Below are positions 25,232-37,278 of a stretch of DNA of 64,000 bases, in pieces (the first letter of the stretch is position 1; the number at the start of each line of letters is the position of its first letter). The position numbers and the translations under genes were made by a program. The notes beneath the pieces were generated by a model that was not told where the DNA came from, searched no databases, and saw only the letters and a program-made list of their open reading frames with translations. This DNA comes from Diadema antillarum (taxonomy: Eukaryota), in assembly GCF_040938485.1 (NCBI RefSeq), contig NW_027270941.1, positions 620,001 through 684,000 of the forward strand, in the 5' to 3' direction.

Positions 25232-27857
25232 GTATTTTCTGCAGGTACAGATTGTGAGCTTCATGGACTTGGAAAATGGACTACCGGTAGAGCCCTTGAA
25301 CATTTATTCCTTTCCCTGTGAAGAAGGATCTTTTAATTGTCTGAATCTACATTTTCGGTATTGCTGATTCTACTAAAGAAACACTTGCTGCCTGTGATTT
25401 TAAAATACAGGGAGGAATTTGTTCACAAGCAGAAAAGACAACACCAAGCTACTAGAGGCTGTAACGTTTGGCAAAATTACAGAAAAATCAAATGGAAACA
25501 CTGTCATTAACATGAATTTTGGACATATCACTTTGGAAAACACATTGTCAACTTGCACAATAACAGAATTTCTATTAACTGTATCCATATGATCTTGTAT
25601 TGATTTGATCAATAACTGTCACATTATTTGCCACTCATCTTTGGAGCTGTGCCACAATCTTTCTCAAGATGGCCTCCAGGAAATGCTGCCAGAAACTGCT
25701 TAAATGCTGTGTGCAGGGGAAAGTGAAGGGGTGTTTACAGCACAGATCTGACTTTCCTCTCATCTGTTTGTTTCTTTGTTTGTTGTTGTGTGGGTTTTTT
25801 TTTTTCAGCTGAGGAATGTGGTTGCAGAGCCTCCACCTGAAAACGAAGAGGATATTGGTTGGGAGGTGATGTCGATCCAGGAGATGAGTGAGAACACTGT
25901 AAACGAGGACCACGAGACAGAATCCTCAGAGGAGCTTACACCAAGTAAAAGAAAGAGGGAGGAGCCCAAAGACTCCAATGGCGTCCAAGTGGTCGAGAGC
26001 GAGAAGAAACTTGACAAGTTTGATGTTGAAACTATAGAAAAGGTGAGCTACTCTTCAGTGGGAATTGGAACTGCTTACCCTGTTGATAATAAGTAACAGA
26101 TAATACTATAAATGAGTAGTAATGTGGTGGTTACATTGTATGTCTCTTTGTCATCAACTTTGTCAAAGCGAAGGAAAATGCCGCTTTTTCTAAAGATCTT
26201 TTCTTCTTCTATGCAGATATGTAAGTCATTTTATAGTAGTGATATTCCCATGATCAATGTTTCTTTAAAAGTATAAACTGACACTAAGATGCCTGACATA
26301 AAGTGACAGGCTTCTTGGCTTGCATATTTAGCAAACAGCTTTGCATTTTGCACCTTTTCCATGCAAGATTCTAGTATTCCCATGGACCTTGCATCAAGTT
26401 GCCAAAGCGATTAGTTGACCATGATAATGTTATGATGTATGCTTGTGTGTGAAATGTAGAAGAGACATGCAGCACAAGCTGTGTCATAGACCAGTAAACC
26501 TGCCTCTTGTTCAGTGACCTCTTGTTAACTGGATGGTCAGTAACATAGTTGGCCCCTCACAACAGACAGATATATTGCATGCAATCTGCCATGCTTACTG
26601 TTCAATATGTCTACACACACATGCAAATTCAACAGATAGATTGCGACTTAAGGGCTTTTTACACTTGTGTTTCTTAACCCCGGACTTTCTCTGACCCAGG
26701 ACTATCGTTAGTCCCGTACCAATTTTTTCAGCTTTTTACACTCGCCAATTAGTCCCGTACTATCTCTTGTCCGGGGCTAAGGAGAAAACTGACCTTTTTA
26801 CACTCGTATTTCTTAGCCCCGGACTTTCCAAACTACATGAATATTCATAATTACGCTGTGTACTGTACACGTACACGCACGCACCGGCAGCACTTGATTA
26901 CCTCGTTTCTGATTGGTCAGTGAGGGTCGGACTTCGTCTCCGTCGCTTAGCCCAGGATTATTTTTTCGTTCTGTTTACACTCACTTGCTTGGCACCGCAA
27001 TTGCGGTGCTAACCCCTGCTATTTTGCAGGGCCAGATAGTACCGTACTATCGGTGGGGCTAGCCCACTTTGGCAAAAACGAGTGTAAACAGAAAGTGGGC
27101 TTAGGATAGTCCCGTACCAACGGTGGGGCTAAGGCCCCCCCTTAGCCCCACCGTTGGTCCGGGGTTAAGCAAAATTTTACAAGTGTAAAAAGCCCTTTAG
27201 TACTGTGTCTTTTTATTTCCATATTTGTTGTCTTTATCTCTCTTTTTTTAGGGGGTGGGCTGTAATTATACACATTTGTTGCATGTAATTTGAAACTTTA
27301 CCACTCTGATCACCTTGAATTGCATTCCTCAATACTACACATTTCAGATATGCCTCAATGTAATGAGGGCCGCGGCCCCAACACCATGTCTATCCGTACC
27401 TGCCACCGAAGAGCTGGAAAATTTTGCCAGAGACATTGTGAGCAGCATGAGACGGGTGCCGGAGGAGTGCTGGAATGACGTCAAGGCAGAGATGATGATG
27501 GTGATAAAGAACTACTCCAGGATGTCCTCTTCCCAGTTCACCACCACCGGTGTGGGATGTGCGACAGTGGCACCTGTACCCCCCATCAACTCGGGCCCAA
27601 GCCCTATTAACCCCAGCACTGGTGCTTCTCCCAGACTGAGCAACCTCCGGCATGGGAACACTCTCTCCCAGGGCCCCATTCCAGTGACAATCAGCCCATT
27701 TCAGTATGGGCAGCACACTCAGCCATTGCCGCAGCCGTTGCCACCACAGGTGCAACAGCACCAGCCTGGAGTGCTGGCCATAGGATCGGGGACGATACGA
27801 ACGGCAACACCTGCCACAACAACAACCAACTCCAACACTGCTACAAACAACAAATGA
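22108..27857 (+). CDS. MADF (Myb/SANT-like) domain protein with BESS-like motif, 439 aa, 4 coding exons
   Basis: Exons 22108-22525, 24867-25024, 25809-26042 and 27348-27857, all GT-AG, with compatible phases (1,0,0); 1320 nt in total. Acidic N-terminus and basic WRKRKRK, then FTPEQEENLVEWFRINPRFYNKK...KEKMMENKAKEF...QLKMWWTNMRTYYGKL (MADF pattern). FARDIVSSMRRVPEECWNDVKAEMMMVI fits the BESS pattern; P/Q/T-rich tail. An in-frame stop lies just upstream of the ATG; AATAAA at 27865. Confidence 0.85.
22966..23722. mobile_element. piggyBac-like non-autonomous element (757 bp) in MADF intron 1
   Basis: TTAA at 22962-22965 and 23723-23726. TIRs CCCTATGTTAACTGGG / rc CCCTATTCTAGCTGGG. 23520-23700 is a diverged reverse-complement homologue of 15780-15960. 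Confidence 0.82.
24335..24508. mobile_element. Harbinger-like MITE with CAG TSD (174 bp)
   Basis: CAG|GGGTCCGTTTCATGAAA ... TTTCATGAAATGGACCC|CAG. Confidence 0.8.
24604..24726. mobile_element. Harbinger-like MITE with CAG TSD (123 bp)
   Basis: CAG|GGTCCTGCTTCATAAAACT ... AGTTTTATGAAATGAGGCC|CAG. Confidence 0.7.
26651..27196. mobile_element. Harbinger-like MITE with TTA TSD (546 bp) in MADF intron 3
   Basis: TTA|AGGGCTTTTTACACTTGT ... ACAAGTGTAAAAAGCCCT|TTA, with internal repeats of tttttacactcg, ccggact and tagtcccgtac. Confidence 0.85.
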
Positions 27858-28365
27858 GGTCAATAATAAAGTCCTGGGAATTTAGAGTGATATTGTTATT
27901 ATCAATGTGTGTTTATTTATACAGGCAAATGTGCATTTAGTATTTTTATATCTCATTTTAAGCACATTTCTATAGTAAAATGCTGTTATATGGATTTGAT
28001 CTTCTTTAAGAACAACATGCTTTCATTGAAAGAAAAAATAGTGGCAGGAGTGGATTTGGTGTCGTGGTGAGTGTATGAAGTCATGCATGACTCCTAGCAG
28101 AATGTTAGCTGTCCAAAGAAGGAAAATAGTCAAAGTTGTTTACAACTGTGCTAGGGAATATTTAGATTTCAGCCTTATTGCATTATAGAGGGAAAAGTTT
28201 CATCAGTGATCGAAAGATGCATGATAAAACTTTGTTCACATCCAAAATATTATTGCACACAGTGATGTAGATCAGATTTTTTTTTCTTTACTGCCATATT
28301 TAGGTAATGACCTTACAAGCACTGATAGGTGCAGACAAGAATTGTGCGCGAAATGTTTCAGCTTA

Positions 28366-28564
28366 CTGTAAAACGAGGAATGTTCGCGTGCATTTTGATT
28401 TTGCAAATTTCGCAAGTGCCGAAATTCATGAAATTAAAATGCACACAAAATTTCTTGCCTACACAATATGCATTGGATCCTAGTGGCAATTCATCATGCT
28501 GCGAGAAAGGCCGTCAACTCCAATCCGCAAAATTTTCATGCTGTGAATATATCATGTTTTTTAG
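28366..28564. mobile_element. TA-flanked CTGTAAAA-type MITE (Tc1/pogo-like)
   Basis: TA|CTGTAAAACGAGGAATGTTCGCG ... catgttttttag|TA. Right TIR is degenerate. Confidence 0.6.
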
Positions 28565-28706
28565 TATAGTGATTTTCAAACGTTTTGAACGACTTTGCAA
28601 GATCTTCAGAGTGACTTTAATTACAGAATTATTCAACCATGGCATTATAATTTGTATTGAATTTGCATTGTTGTGCTTTCTTACAATTTGATGTCAGTTT
28701 ACAATA

Positions 28707-28898
28707 CTGTAAAAGTGGAAATTTTCGCGCATTTCGGGCAACCAGAAACTAGCGCGAAAATAAAAGCAAGCGAATATTTTTGCCTGCCATATGTTCCTAG
28801 GCGTGATGTCTTGATTCCGCGGATTTAAAAACACGCGAAAGTCTTCTTACCCGGCCAAGCGTGAAAAATTGGTCGTGCCAAAATATCCACTTTTACAC
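28707..28898. mobile_element. TA-flanked CTGTAAAA-type MITE (Tc1/pogo-like)
   Basis: TA|CTGTAAAAGTGGA ... TCCACTTTTACAC|TA. Confidence 0.75.
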
Positions 28899-29294
28899 TA
28901 TTCGAAAACAGTTGAATAATGCCACAACAAAACATTCTTTTGATTTTGATGTATCTACATCTGTCCTTGCCCATGATAACTCTTAACTAAGCTCTTTTAT
29001 TTGGAGGAAAGTCATGATTTCATTGTAAATTGTGGTAGGTGTGCAACATACATCTAAAGTAGGTATCATGCCAACTCGAGCCACAGTGGCACATGTTCCA
29101 TGTGGTGCAGTATTTCAGGAATTTTGTTACCTGTATTAATCATGGCAGCGTTGCAAAGTAATCTGATTTAGGAATGTACAGGCATTCAAATCCCCCTACC
29201 CTTTATACAGCTGTATGTATGTAGCAAAGTTTTCAACTCACTTATTCCTGCTGACATTTCCTTGGTAAAATCTTAGCTGCATGTTGCAGTGTTA

Positions 29295-29963
29295 GGCTGG
29301 GTTCACATAGAAGTATACGGTATTCGTTATTCGTTATTCGCTATTCGCTATACGCTATTCAGGCATGGCGGGTCACATAAGGTAGCACGCGTGTTTACGC
29401 TGTCAAGTCGACCCAGTACACCATCACCCGTACCATCAACTCCCTATCCCATGCAGTGAGGATTTCTTCCTCCTACACAACCATCCCAGCAATCTATTAA
29501 CAGTTTCTAAACTGAGATTACATTGGAACGTACCTTTTTTCGTTTCAAGAAAGCTATAAATTGAGTATATGAATAAAAAAACTGACCCAACTCCACTGGG
29601 GGTCATTTTGCTAGGGTAAATCAATTAAAACTGATTATTTCTAATTTGTTTAACAACATCATATTTGATCATGATACACAACACTGATCAGAATATCAGT
29701 CTACATGCTAATTTTTGCTAAAGGGCAAATCCAGACCAAAAATTGTCATCATTTCATAAACGAGAGATGGTATACGCTGCACGAAAATCGAACAAGCACG
29801 ATTCCCACTATACAACACTATACGCAGCTATATGGCATTTTCGAATAGTGCCCTCTTACGTGACCTGGTATTAGGAAATCCTATCGTTTGATTCAAGCTA
29901 TTCGCGTGCCCTCGAAAACGTGCACCGTATACCCAAATAGTATACTCCTATGTGAACCCAGCC
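29295..29963. mobile_element. Harbinger-like MITE with TTA TSD (669 bp)
   Basis: TTA|GGCTGGGTTCACATAGAAGTATAC ... GTATACTCCTATGTGAACCCAGCC|TTA; 24-bp TIR with one mismatch. Confidence 0.88.
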
Positions 29964-31107
29964 TTAGGAAATTCCTTAGCAAACTCTCCATTTGTCAGGA
30001 AAGATATTCCTTAGACTGCATAAGTTATGAATGTGCTATCAAATTGGTGTAATGGACAGCAGTGCTACTTAAGTGTACGGTATAGTCATTAAGACCTTGT
30101 CACTTTTTCCCCAAACTCTCTCTGTGTATCTTTTGTTGTGGGTATTGGCATAGAATCTACTTCAGCGAAAATCTTGGTTGCATTCATGCAGGTATTTATT
30201 GTGTTGTTGTCATGTTCTCAGTTTGGCCCTGACGTAATAATGGAGATGAACATTATTCCCAGCCTTATCGACACTCTTGGAGTCTTATCCAAACTGTCTC
30301 TTGTTCTCAGATATCTCCATATATAAGTTTTTATGCTCTTATCAAGCAGTAAGGTCTGTGATTTGCTGGGTCTAAATAGACTGGTTCACCAATGTCTTCA
30401 TTTCTGTAGGCAATTAAGTCCAAGATCAGTAACTAGATTGCTAATGCTGAACAAATTAGCAAAGATGTGGTAATTGGATACAGTTTGTGTCTTAAAATTT
30501 ACTGATGTCTCAATGTAATTTTACGATTTCTCTGAGGGGATGGTATACAGGCAACTCTTGTTGTAACAAAATCCTTGAGACCGGCAGTTTTCTTTTGTTG
30601 CAACAAAATATTGTTAAAGCCAGGCAATAGAGTTTGCAAAGATAGATATGATAATCTGAGGACCTGAATTTGTACTTTGTTGTGACAAGATTTTTTTTTA
30701 CAGCCAAGGTCGTTAATGTGAGTGCACAGTAGAAAGTTTTGTTGGATACATTCTGAGGAGTGTTACCCGAAGGAAAACAAAATATGCTGTATAACAGTCG
30801 GGGGGGGGGGGGGGGGGGGGGGAGGGAGGGAGGTAGAAAAAGAAGCAGCAGACAAAATCTATTCATTTTCTTGGTACCAATATGCATAATGTGTAGTGTG
30901 TTTTAGTTTTATCCATTTAGTGCTCATTTCTAGTATGCGGCCAATGGAACCTTAAAAACCACAGATATATGACTCCAAAATTTGTGATAGTAATTATCAT
31001 TAAAAAACAACAACAACAAATGTTGCTTTCATACCACTCTTCTATGAATTTATGTTGGGAATTTTCCTTTTTTTTTTTCTTTCCTAGCCTTGGCTTATTC
31101 TTGCACC

Positions 31108-31960
31108 TTTTTTAATGCCTCCACCACGAAATAGTGCTGGGGCATTATATTTTCAGGTTATCCGTCTGTCTGTCTGTAATCAATGTTGTGGATGACATAA
31201 ATTAAGAACCGTTTGAGGTAACCAATTAAGCATATGTTTGTATGAATGGACGAAGTTGTGCCCATCGAATGTTGGGCACATACGGTCATGGTCAAAGGTC
31301 ATACGTCAATGGTCAAATGCTAAAATTTCACTATATCCCTCTGTATCTTTGCAATGCCGGAATGTATTTTCATGAAACATTGCATATACATGTTTTACCA
31401 GTGAGATTTTCTAGGGAAAGTTTTGGGTCATAAGGTCATTAGTCAAAGGGCAAGTGAAAATGCTAAAATTTCATTATTTTCCTCCACATCTCAGAAATAG
31501 CTCAAGGTATTTTCATGAAACTAAGTGCATGTATTGCCTGACATTGATTATCTTTGAAGTTTTGGGTCATTAGGTCAAAGGTCAGGTTAAAATGCTAAAA
31601 TTACACTATTTTTTCCCTCTCCTGTATTGTAAGATGATTGAATGTACACACCTATCAGTGCAATTAAACTTAGTACATACAATTTTGTATGTGCATTTCC
31701 ATACAGTGAATATGTAGGGACAGTTCTTGGCCTTGGGATCAAAGATCGAGTAAAAATCCTAAAATTTTACCTGGGTGCCATTTCATGAAAGTTATCAGGC
31801 CTGACAAGTTGTCAGTGTCTGTCAATTTCAATAGAAGCCTTGGTTTTGATTGGCTGAGAAGCTCTGGTCACTGGCTGTTACCATGGTGAATGTCATAGAC
31901 TGACAACTTGTCAGGGCTGACAACTTTCATAAAATTTGTGCCCTATTTTTCCATATTTTC
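31108..31960 (+). mobile_element. Degenerate Helentron-associated (HINE/DINE-1-like) element
   Basis: T-run start ttttttaatgcctccaccacgaa, then a (GTCT/GTCC)n microsatellite, then diverged repeats containing ggtcaaaggtca and aaaatgctaaaattt. Interrupted by the MITE at 31774. Confidence 0.55.
31774..31942. mobile_element. Harbinger-like CWG-type MITE nested in the HINE fragment
   Basis: CTG|GGTGCCATTTCATGAAAGTT ... AACTTTCATAAAATTTGTGCC, with an inner inverted pair ctgacaagttgtcag / ctgacaacttgtcag. The right TSD is imperfect. Confidence 0.6.
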
Positions 31961-32149
31961 CAAGTGGCTCATAAAAATAAGCTAGTTTAGTTCCACTGTT
32001 GACTTTGTGAATGAGCAGAAAAGGTCATTTGTACCAACAGGCATGATGATTATTAAATTCACTGAGATAAAAGCATCTGTGATGAAATGATTATTCATAG
32101 TATCTGTGTAAATGTTGCTTTCTAGTACATCCACAGGACAGGAGGCCTG

Positions 32150-32318
32150 GGCCCTGTTTCATAAAGCTGTTCGTAAAGTTACGAACAACTTACGAGCGAA
32201 TGGTGATCAGTTCTGATGTGCTATACTTATCAGAATTTCCATAATTCAGCATAAGAACTGATCACCAGTCGCTCGTAAGTCATTTGTAACTTTACGAACA
32301 ACGTTATGAAACACCCCC
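32150..32318. mobile_element. Harbinger-like fold-back MITE with CTG TSD (169 bp)
   Basis: CTG|GGCCCTGTTTCATAAAG ... CGTTATGAAACACCCCC|CTG. Arms of ~65 bp are largely complementary (gttcgtaaagttac...ggtgatcagttct). Confidence 0.78.
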
Positions 32319-32637
32319 CTGGTATTTGATAGAAAAAGATTATTAAAAGCATGCAATGCAAAACAAAGATATGGATGCTTCCCCAAGTTGACGGCCTCTA
32401 TGCAAGTTCATTCTTTGTTTGAACAGGAATTCCATGAATTGGGTAAGCTTAAATATTATTACACTTTTAACATGAGTGAATGCCTAACCACCTGGGAAAA
32501 TGTCACAGTCATTTGCACCAATGTGCATGTGGTCTAATTATGAACTGGCTTGTAATTAGAATTGGTGTAAAATCACCAGATAATGATAACTTGCCAATCG
32601 TGACAAATTAATGTCTGTCATTTCCATTAACAACTTT

Positions 32638-32790
32638 NNNNNNNNNNNNNNNNNNNNNNNNNNNNNNNNNNNNNNNNNNNNNNNNNNNNNNNNNNNNNNN
32701 NNNNNNNNNNNNNNNNNNNNNNNNNNNNNNNNNNNNNNNNNNNNNNNNNNNNNNNNNNNNNNNNNNNNNNNNNNNNNNNNNNNNNNNNNN
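32638..32790. other. Assembly gap (N run)
   Basis: 153 consecutive N. Confidence 1.
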
Positions 32791-33416
32791 GGATATTATG
32801 GCCCATGATTAAATGAGGGTACTGTGGAGCATTGTTTGAAAAAAATATTGAAAACAACTGTTACGGTCTTGAACTTGAACCTTGCTGAGGGAACACTGAT
32901 ACCCTCCAGGGAAGGTCTTAAATACATGCAGTGGCATAGCTTGCAAAGTGTGTAATGATGGTGTTCTGTATAGGAGAATGTACAAACAATAAATTACATT
33001 AGAGAGAGAAGAAATTAATGTATAGACCCTCAGTCACGACGATATTCCAGTTGTAAAATACATTTTCTATTGAAGACGGGTGAGAGGACCAGTTCACCAA
33101 GTGGTAGGAAACAGACCGCTGTTGTGGACTTTGTGAAACGAGACCTCTATGTCCAATACTAGTATGTTAACTTACTGAAATCAGTTAGATATGTTTAGAG
33201 GTCTTTTTCCCCTTTCTATTTATTTTCTACCCCCTCGTAAACGTTTCTTGTAGTAATTGTTTTATTACCGACAATCATTGATGAATAAATATTGCACAGT
33301 ATTCAGAATGTGAATTAAGTATGTTTGTTGTTGTCTTCTAAAAAGAGAGAGAGAAAAAAAAGGCTTTGCCATCTCTCCTTTTTTCCTCTCTGTCTATAGA
33401 CATGTACTAACACACA

Positions 33417-33420
<4 letters not shown>

Positions 33421-33492
<72 letters not shown>

Positions 33493-33500
33493 TATATGTA
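33421..33500. repeat. (TA)n microsatellite
   Basis: Interrupted (TA)n run; a second run at ~33686-33711. Confidence 0.95.
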
Positions 33501-33687
33501 AATGTATTTGAATTAATTTGATTCGACTTATGTGAGGTCAACTTAAGCAATGTTGACTGTATACATATACATATTATACGTATATATACATTGTGTATTT
33601 GAGTATCAAAATTTATGCTGGTACTGCTGTAAAAGTCTGCTCAGGAATCAGTGGAAAGTGTTCAATCTCTTAATATAGATTGTGATA

Positions 33688-33718
<31 letters not shown>

Positions 33719-36199
33719 TATTTTTTTTTTTTAGTATATTCAAAATTTATGCTGGTACTCTGCTGTAACAGTCCGCTCAGAAATCACTGGAAAGTGTATG
33801 GTCTTTAAAATAGTTTCTTATTGCAGAGCAGCTAAAGCTTTATTAACTCTTTTTTATGAGCTATTATTTTTTATTAAAGGCAAAATTTCGAAACTTGCGA
33901 GGGAACACCCTCTCCTAAATAATTCTTGTAGATCATGGCTGCGTGCCCTCGCTCGGTTATTTTGCTCCCTAGCTCGATCGATTAAAAACCCGTTGAGGAC
34001 GAGTCCCGAATATACTCGGGCAGGTGTATATTGGAAATGCGTGTTGTTGCAAAATCAGTCCGTCCTCCACGGGTTTTAGGACGGAAGTGATAAAGTCCAT
34101 CAGAGTGATGTGCACTATGTACCCCGAGTAACCCCTTCTGTGTTGTTACTTTTATACGATCCTGCGTAATGATAGTGGCATCGCGTGCTGGTATACCATA
34201 ATAACGGTAACCAGTGCTTCTCTTCCATGTAAGCATTCTACATACAGCACCGTGACGTTATCAATACCCCCTGCATGTTACTGTTAGGCCTACTGATTTG
34301 TGTACACCCTGTAGTTTAGAAGGACATGGATATATAGTCGGCAAACTAACTCGTTAGCGCTAAGCATACAGGAGTTCATGTCAGAATTTTCTGTTTAAGG
34401 TCAAGCCTTATCGACTACATCACAAGTGCTGCTCTCCGTTTTTGCAGGTAACACGCTCTGATTTGGTATACCCCATACATAGTTACTTATATCGTTACTT
34501 TATTCACTTTTTTACAATTCTTCTTTCTCTTCACCTCCATCCATGATTCTTCCACGGGTATCATAATTATTAATGTTATTATAACACATCCCCTTGGGGA
34601 AAAGAAAAACATCTGAAAGGAAGCATTTCTTGCAAGTGTGAGCGAGACGTGTTCGCCATATATTAATATATCTCTCTTCTTATTCATTTTTTTTTCATTA
34701 TTGCATAAAAATATGTCCGTATATTCACGAACAGCTCCTGCAGGGCTCTTCTTTAAGAGTGTCCAGTCTCCTAATGATGTGATTATATGTTTGGTATATA
34801 CGTACTAAACAGAAGGATAAAAATTATCAACCATGGGGTTGCGAACACGATATCAAAGCTACTTGAGTCACAGAGGGTATATCTATTTGGACTTTACCTC
34901 CCAGGTGAGTCAATAGCGAAAACATTGATGTAATCTATAAGAACGCCCACCCCGGTCTGTAGTCCTTCATCATCGCTAACAAATCCGTTGTGGTCGTGAA
35001 TCTTAGCCTTGCTTGAAACACTGGCCTAGTGTGCTGGTCAGATGATATCTTCGGATAATCTTAGGCACGAAAATATATCTTAGAGTTTCTTAATGTTTAC
35101 TTACAGTGTATTACATTTTCGCTATTACACCAGAAGAATGGGATTGTCTGATTTGCAAGCTAGTGTCATTTTTAACATGCTATACGTAAGCCATTAATGA
35201 CATGCCAATAGCCGCGCAGTGGAGACACAGAACTCACGAAGTTTCATACATAGCAATAATGCTTCTCGAGAAAACGTGTAGTTACAGCGCGGATTCATGT
35301 TCTTTACCCATGTGAGTCTCCGCGAGTAAACATGCCAGCATGAGAGGATAACATGTGATGTGTATACTCAAGGACTTATTATCTCTGTTGCTGTGTTCAT
35401 AGGTTAGTGCAGGTTACGTCATCATTCCGACATCAAGCCATAATTATGGTTCCTTTTCTCATGAAATTAAAAGGTTTAGTTATAAGCTGAGAATCATACT
35501 TTCTATTATTATATCCATTTAACGAGTGAGACACGATGTTGATGTGAAATAAGGACACGAATCGCAAAATAAGGCATGGCTTTGACTCGCACAAACTAAG
35601 CGAATTTAAAGGCCGATATGTTTCTGACAGGATCAAGACTTTGTACCAATATCACGCCCGTTGTGTTCGTTGTGTCGTACAGCTCACAATGTTTTTCTGT
35701 AATCTCTGTGTGCACAAACCAATGATGAGATCATTGTAAGGCGATTCCCATCATCGCTTCACGTAATTTGCATAAGGTTCCGCTGATATCACTCTTTCAA
35801 ACTATTTTTTTCTGAGAAAATCCAGGATTCCTTGACTGTTTTCTTTAACGTCCAATTACCAAGGAATTTCCGCCTTTCCACTTCTGTTTCGTATCACTCC
35901 CATTTGTTTACGTCAACTTATTACACATGGATAAACATATGTGTTTGTGTGTGTGTGTGTCTGTGTGTGCGTGTGTGTCTCTGTGTGTAGAAAAGCCCCA
36001 GTTGAAAAATGAGAATGCAGCACGATGTGGTAATTCTGACAATGAAATAATCTTTAAAAATACACGTAACTTCGATACCCGCTTGCAGATCCAACATGCT
36101 TTGACGTTTTGGCTTTGACAATCAGGTTTATACCCACAACAGATTCTGCGAATAGATTCACCAAAGTCAACGAAAAGACGAGAATCTACACAGCCCGAC

Positions 36200-36976
36200 A
36201 TGGCGCCACAGGTAGTGCTCATTACGGGTTGCTCCTCGGGAATCGGGCTTGCCACAGCCATCCACCTCGCGCGGGACAGCGACAAGCGGTTCCTGGTCTA
36301 CGCGACGATCCTGGGACCAATCGAGAAAGAGGTGACATTCCGGGAAGCCGCCGGCGAGCTCCTGAATGCGACTCTGTTCCCCGTCGAGATGGACGTCACC
36401 AGTGACGACATGGTGAAGAATGCGGTTGCCATGGTAATGACGCAACATGGACGCATCGACATCTTGGGTAAGAAGCTGCAATGCTGATACCTAGCAATGT
36501 ATTGTTTCATCTTTGACCAGTATTGGTTACACCTTGCTTGGCAATATGACTCTATATAAGCAGATAAGACAGTATATTGGTCAATGATATACATGTAGAT
36601 TGGGCATATAGCAAGAATAGGAGGAAATGACAACTTTTGTGTGCCATGTTGATGACAGCAGGGAGGTGAGAGGACACCTCCCTGATGACAGTGGCTCCTG
36701 TAGTGTTTATACTATACGTATATAGGGCCTACCGGCACCTGCCAATCTCGTTAAATTTTGGCTTATTTCGAAATTCCCTATATTATTCAATTCAATTCAA
36801 TTTATTAATTTCATAAAATCACATATACAATATTTACAAAGGAGGAAATCACGCAAAAGCCCAGGGCTTGGAAATGGAGATTTCCTTTACAATATAGTTA
36901 TGTATAGGCCTTTAGTATATCTATTATGGTGATAGTTCAAAAACATAATTATATGTCAAGGTCTGATAGATAGATA

Positions 36977-37020
<44 letters not shown>

Positions 37021-37237
37021 CATTAATTGATTACTTTATTGTCCACTCTGGAAATATGGTTAACATTTTGTACATCTACGAGCAGTCGAGGTAATATTCC
37101 CCACATCGCAGCAAACTGCTAACTTTTCTGCAGATGTCGGTATTCTCACCGGTGTACTTTGCCTATTTTGTTTGTTAACGGAAATAAAACATATACACAC
37201 GCAAAAAACACAAAAATACACAAATACGTATACACGC

Positions 37238-37278
<41 letters not shown>

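Noticed and set aside
25245-25367. Extra MADF exon after the (CA)n repeat
   Set aside because: It has an acceptor, but the frame hits a stop unless a very short micro-exon is assumed, and exons 2 and 3 already join in phase. Not excluded as a minor isoform.
30130-30560. Minus-strand protein-like stretches (RTRDSLDKTPRVSIRLGIMFISII...; LIAYRNEDIGEPVYLDPAN)
   Set aside because: Interrupted by stops, no coherent splice sites and no recognisable family.
27900-32600. Harbinger transposase next to the MADF gene
   Set aside because: No DDE motifs (GAIDG, DSGYP, IE..FG.LK.RF) were found in the ORF track or by eye; only MITEs and AT-rich sequence.
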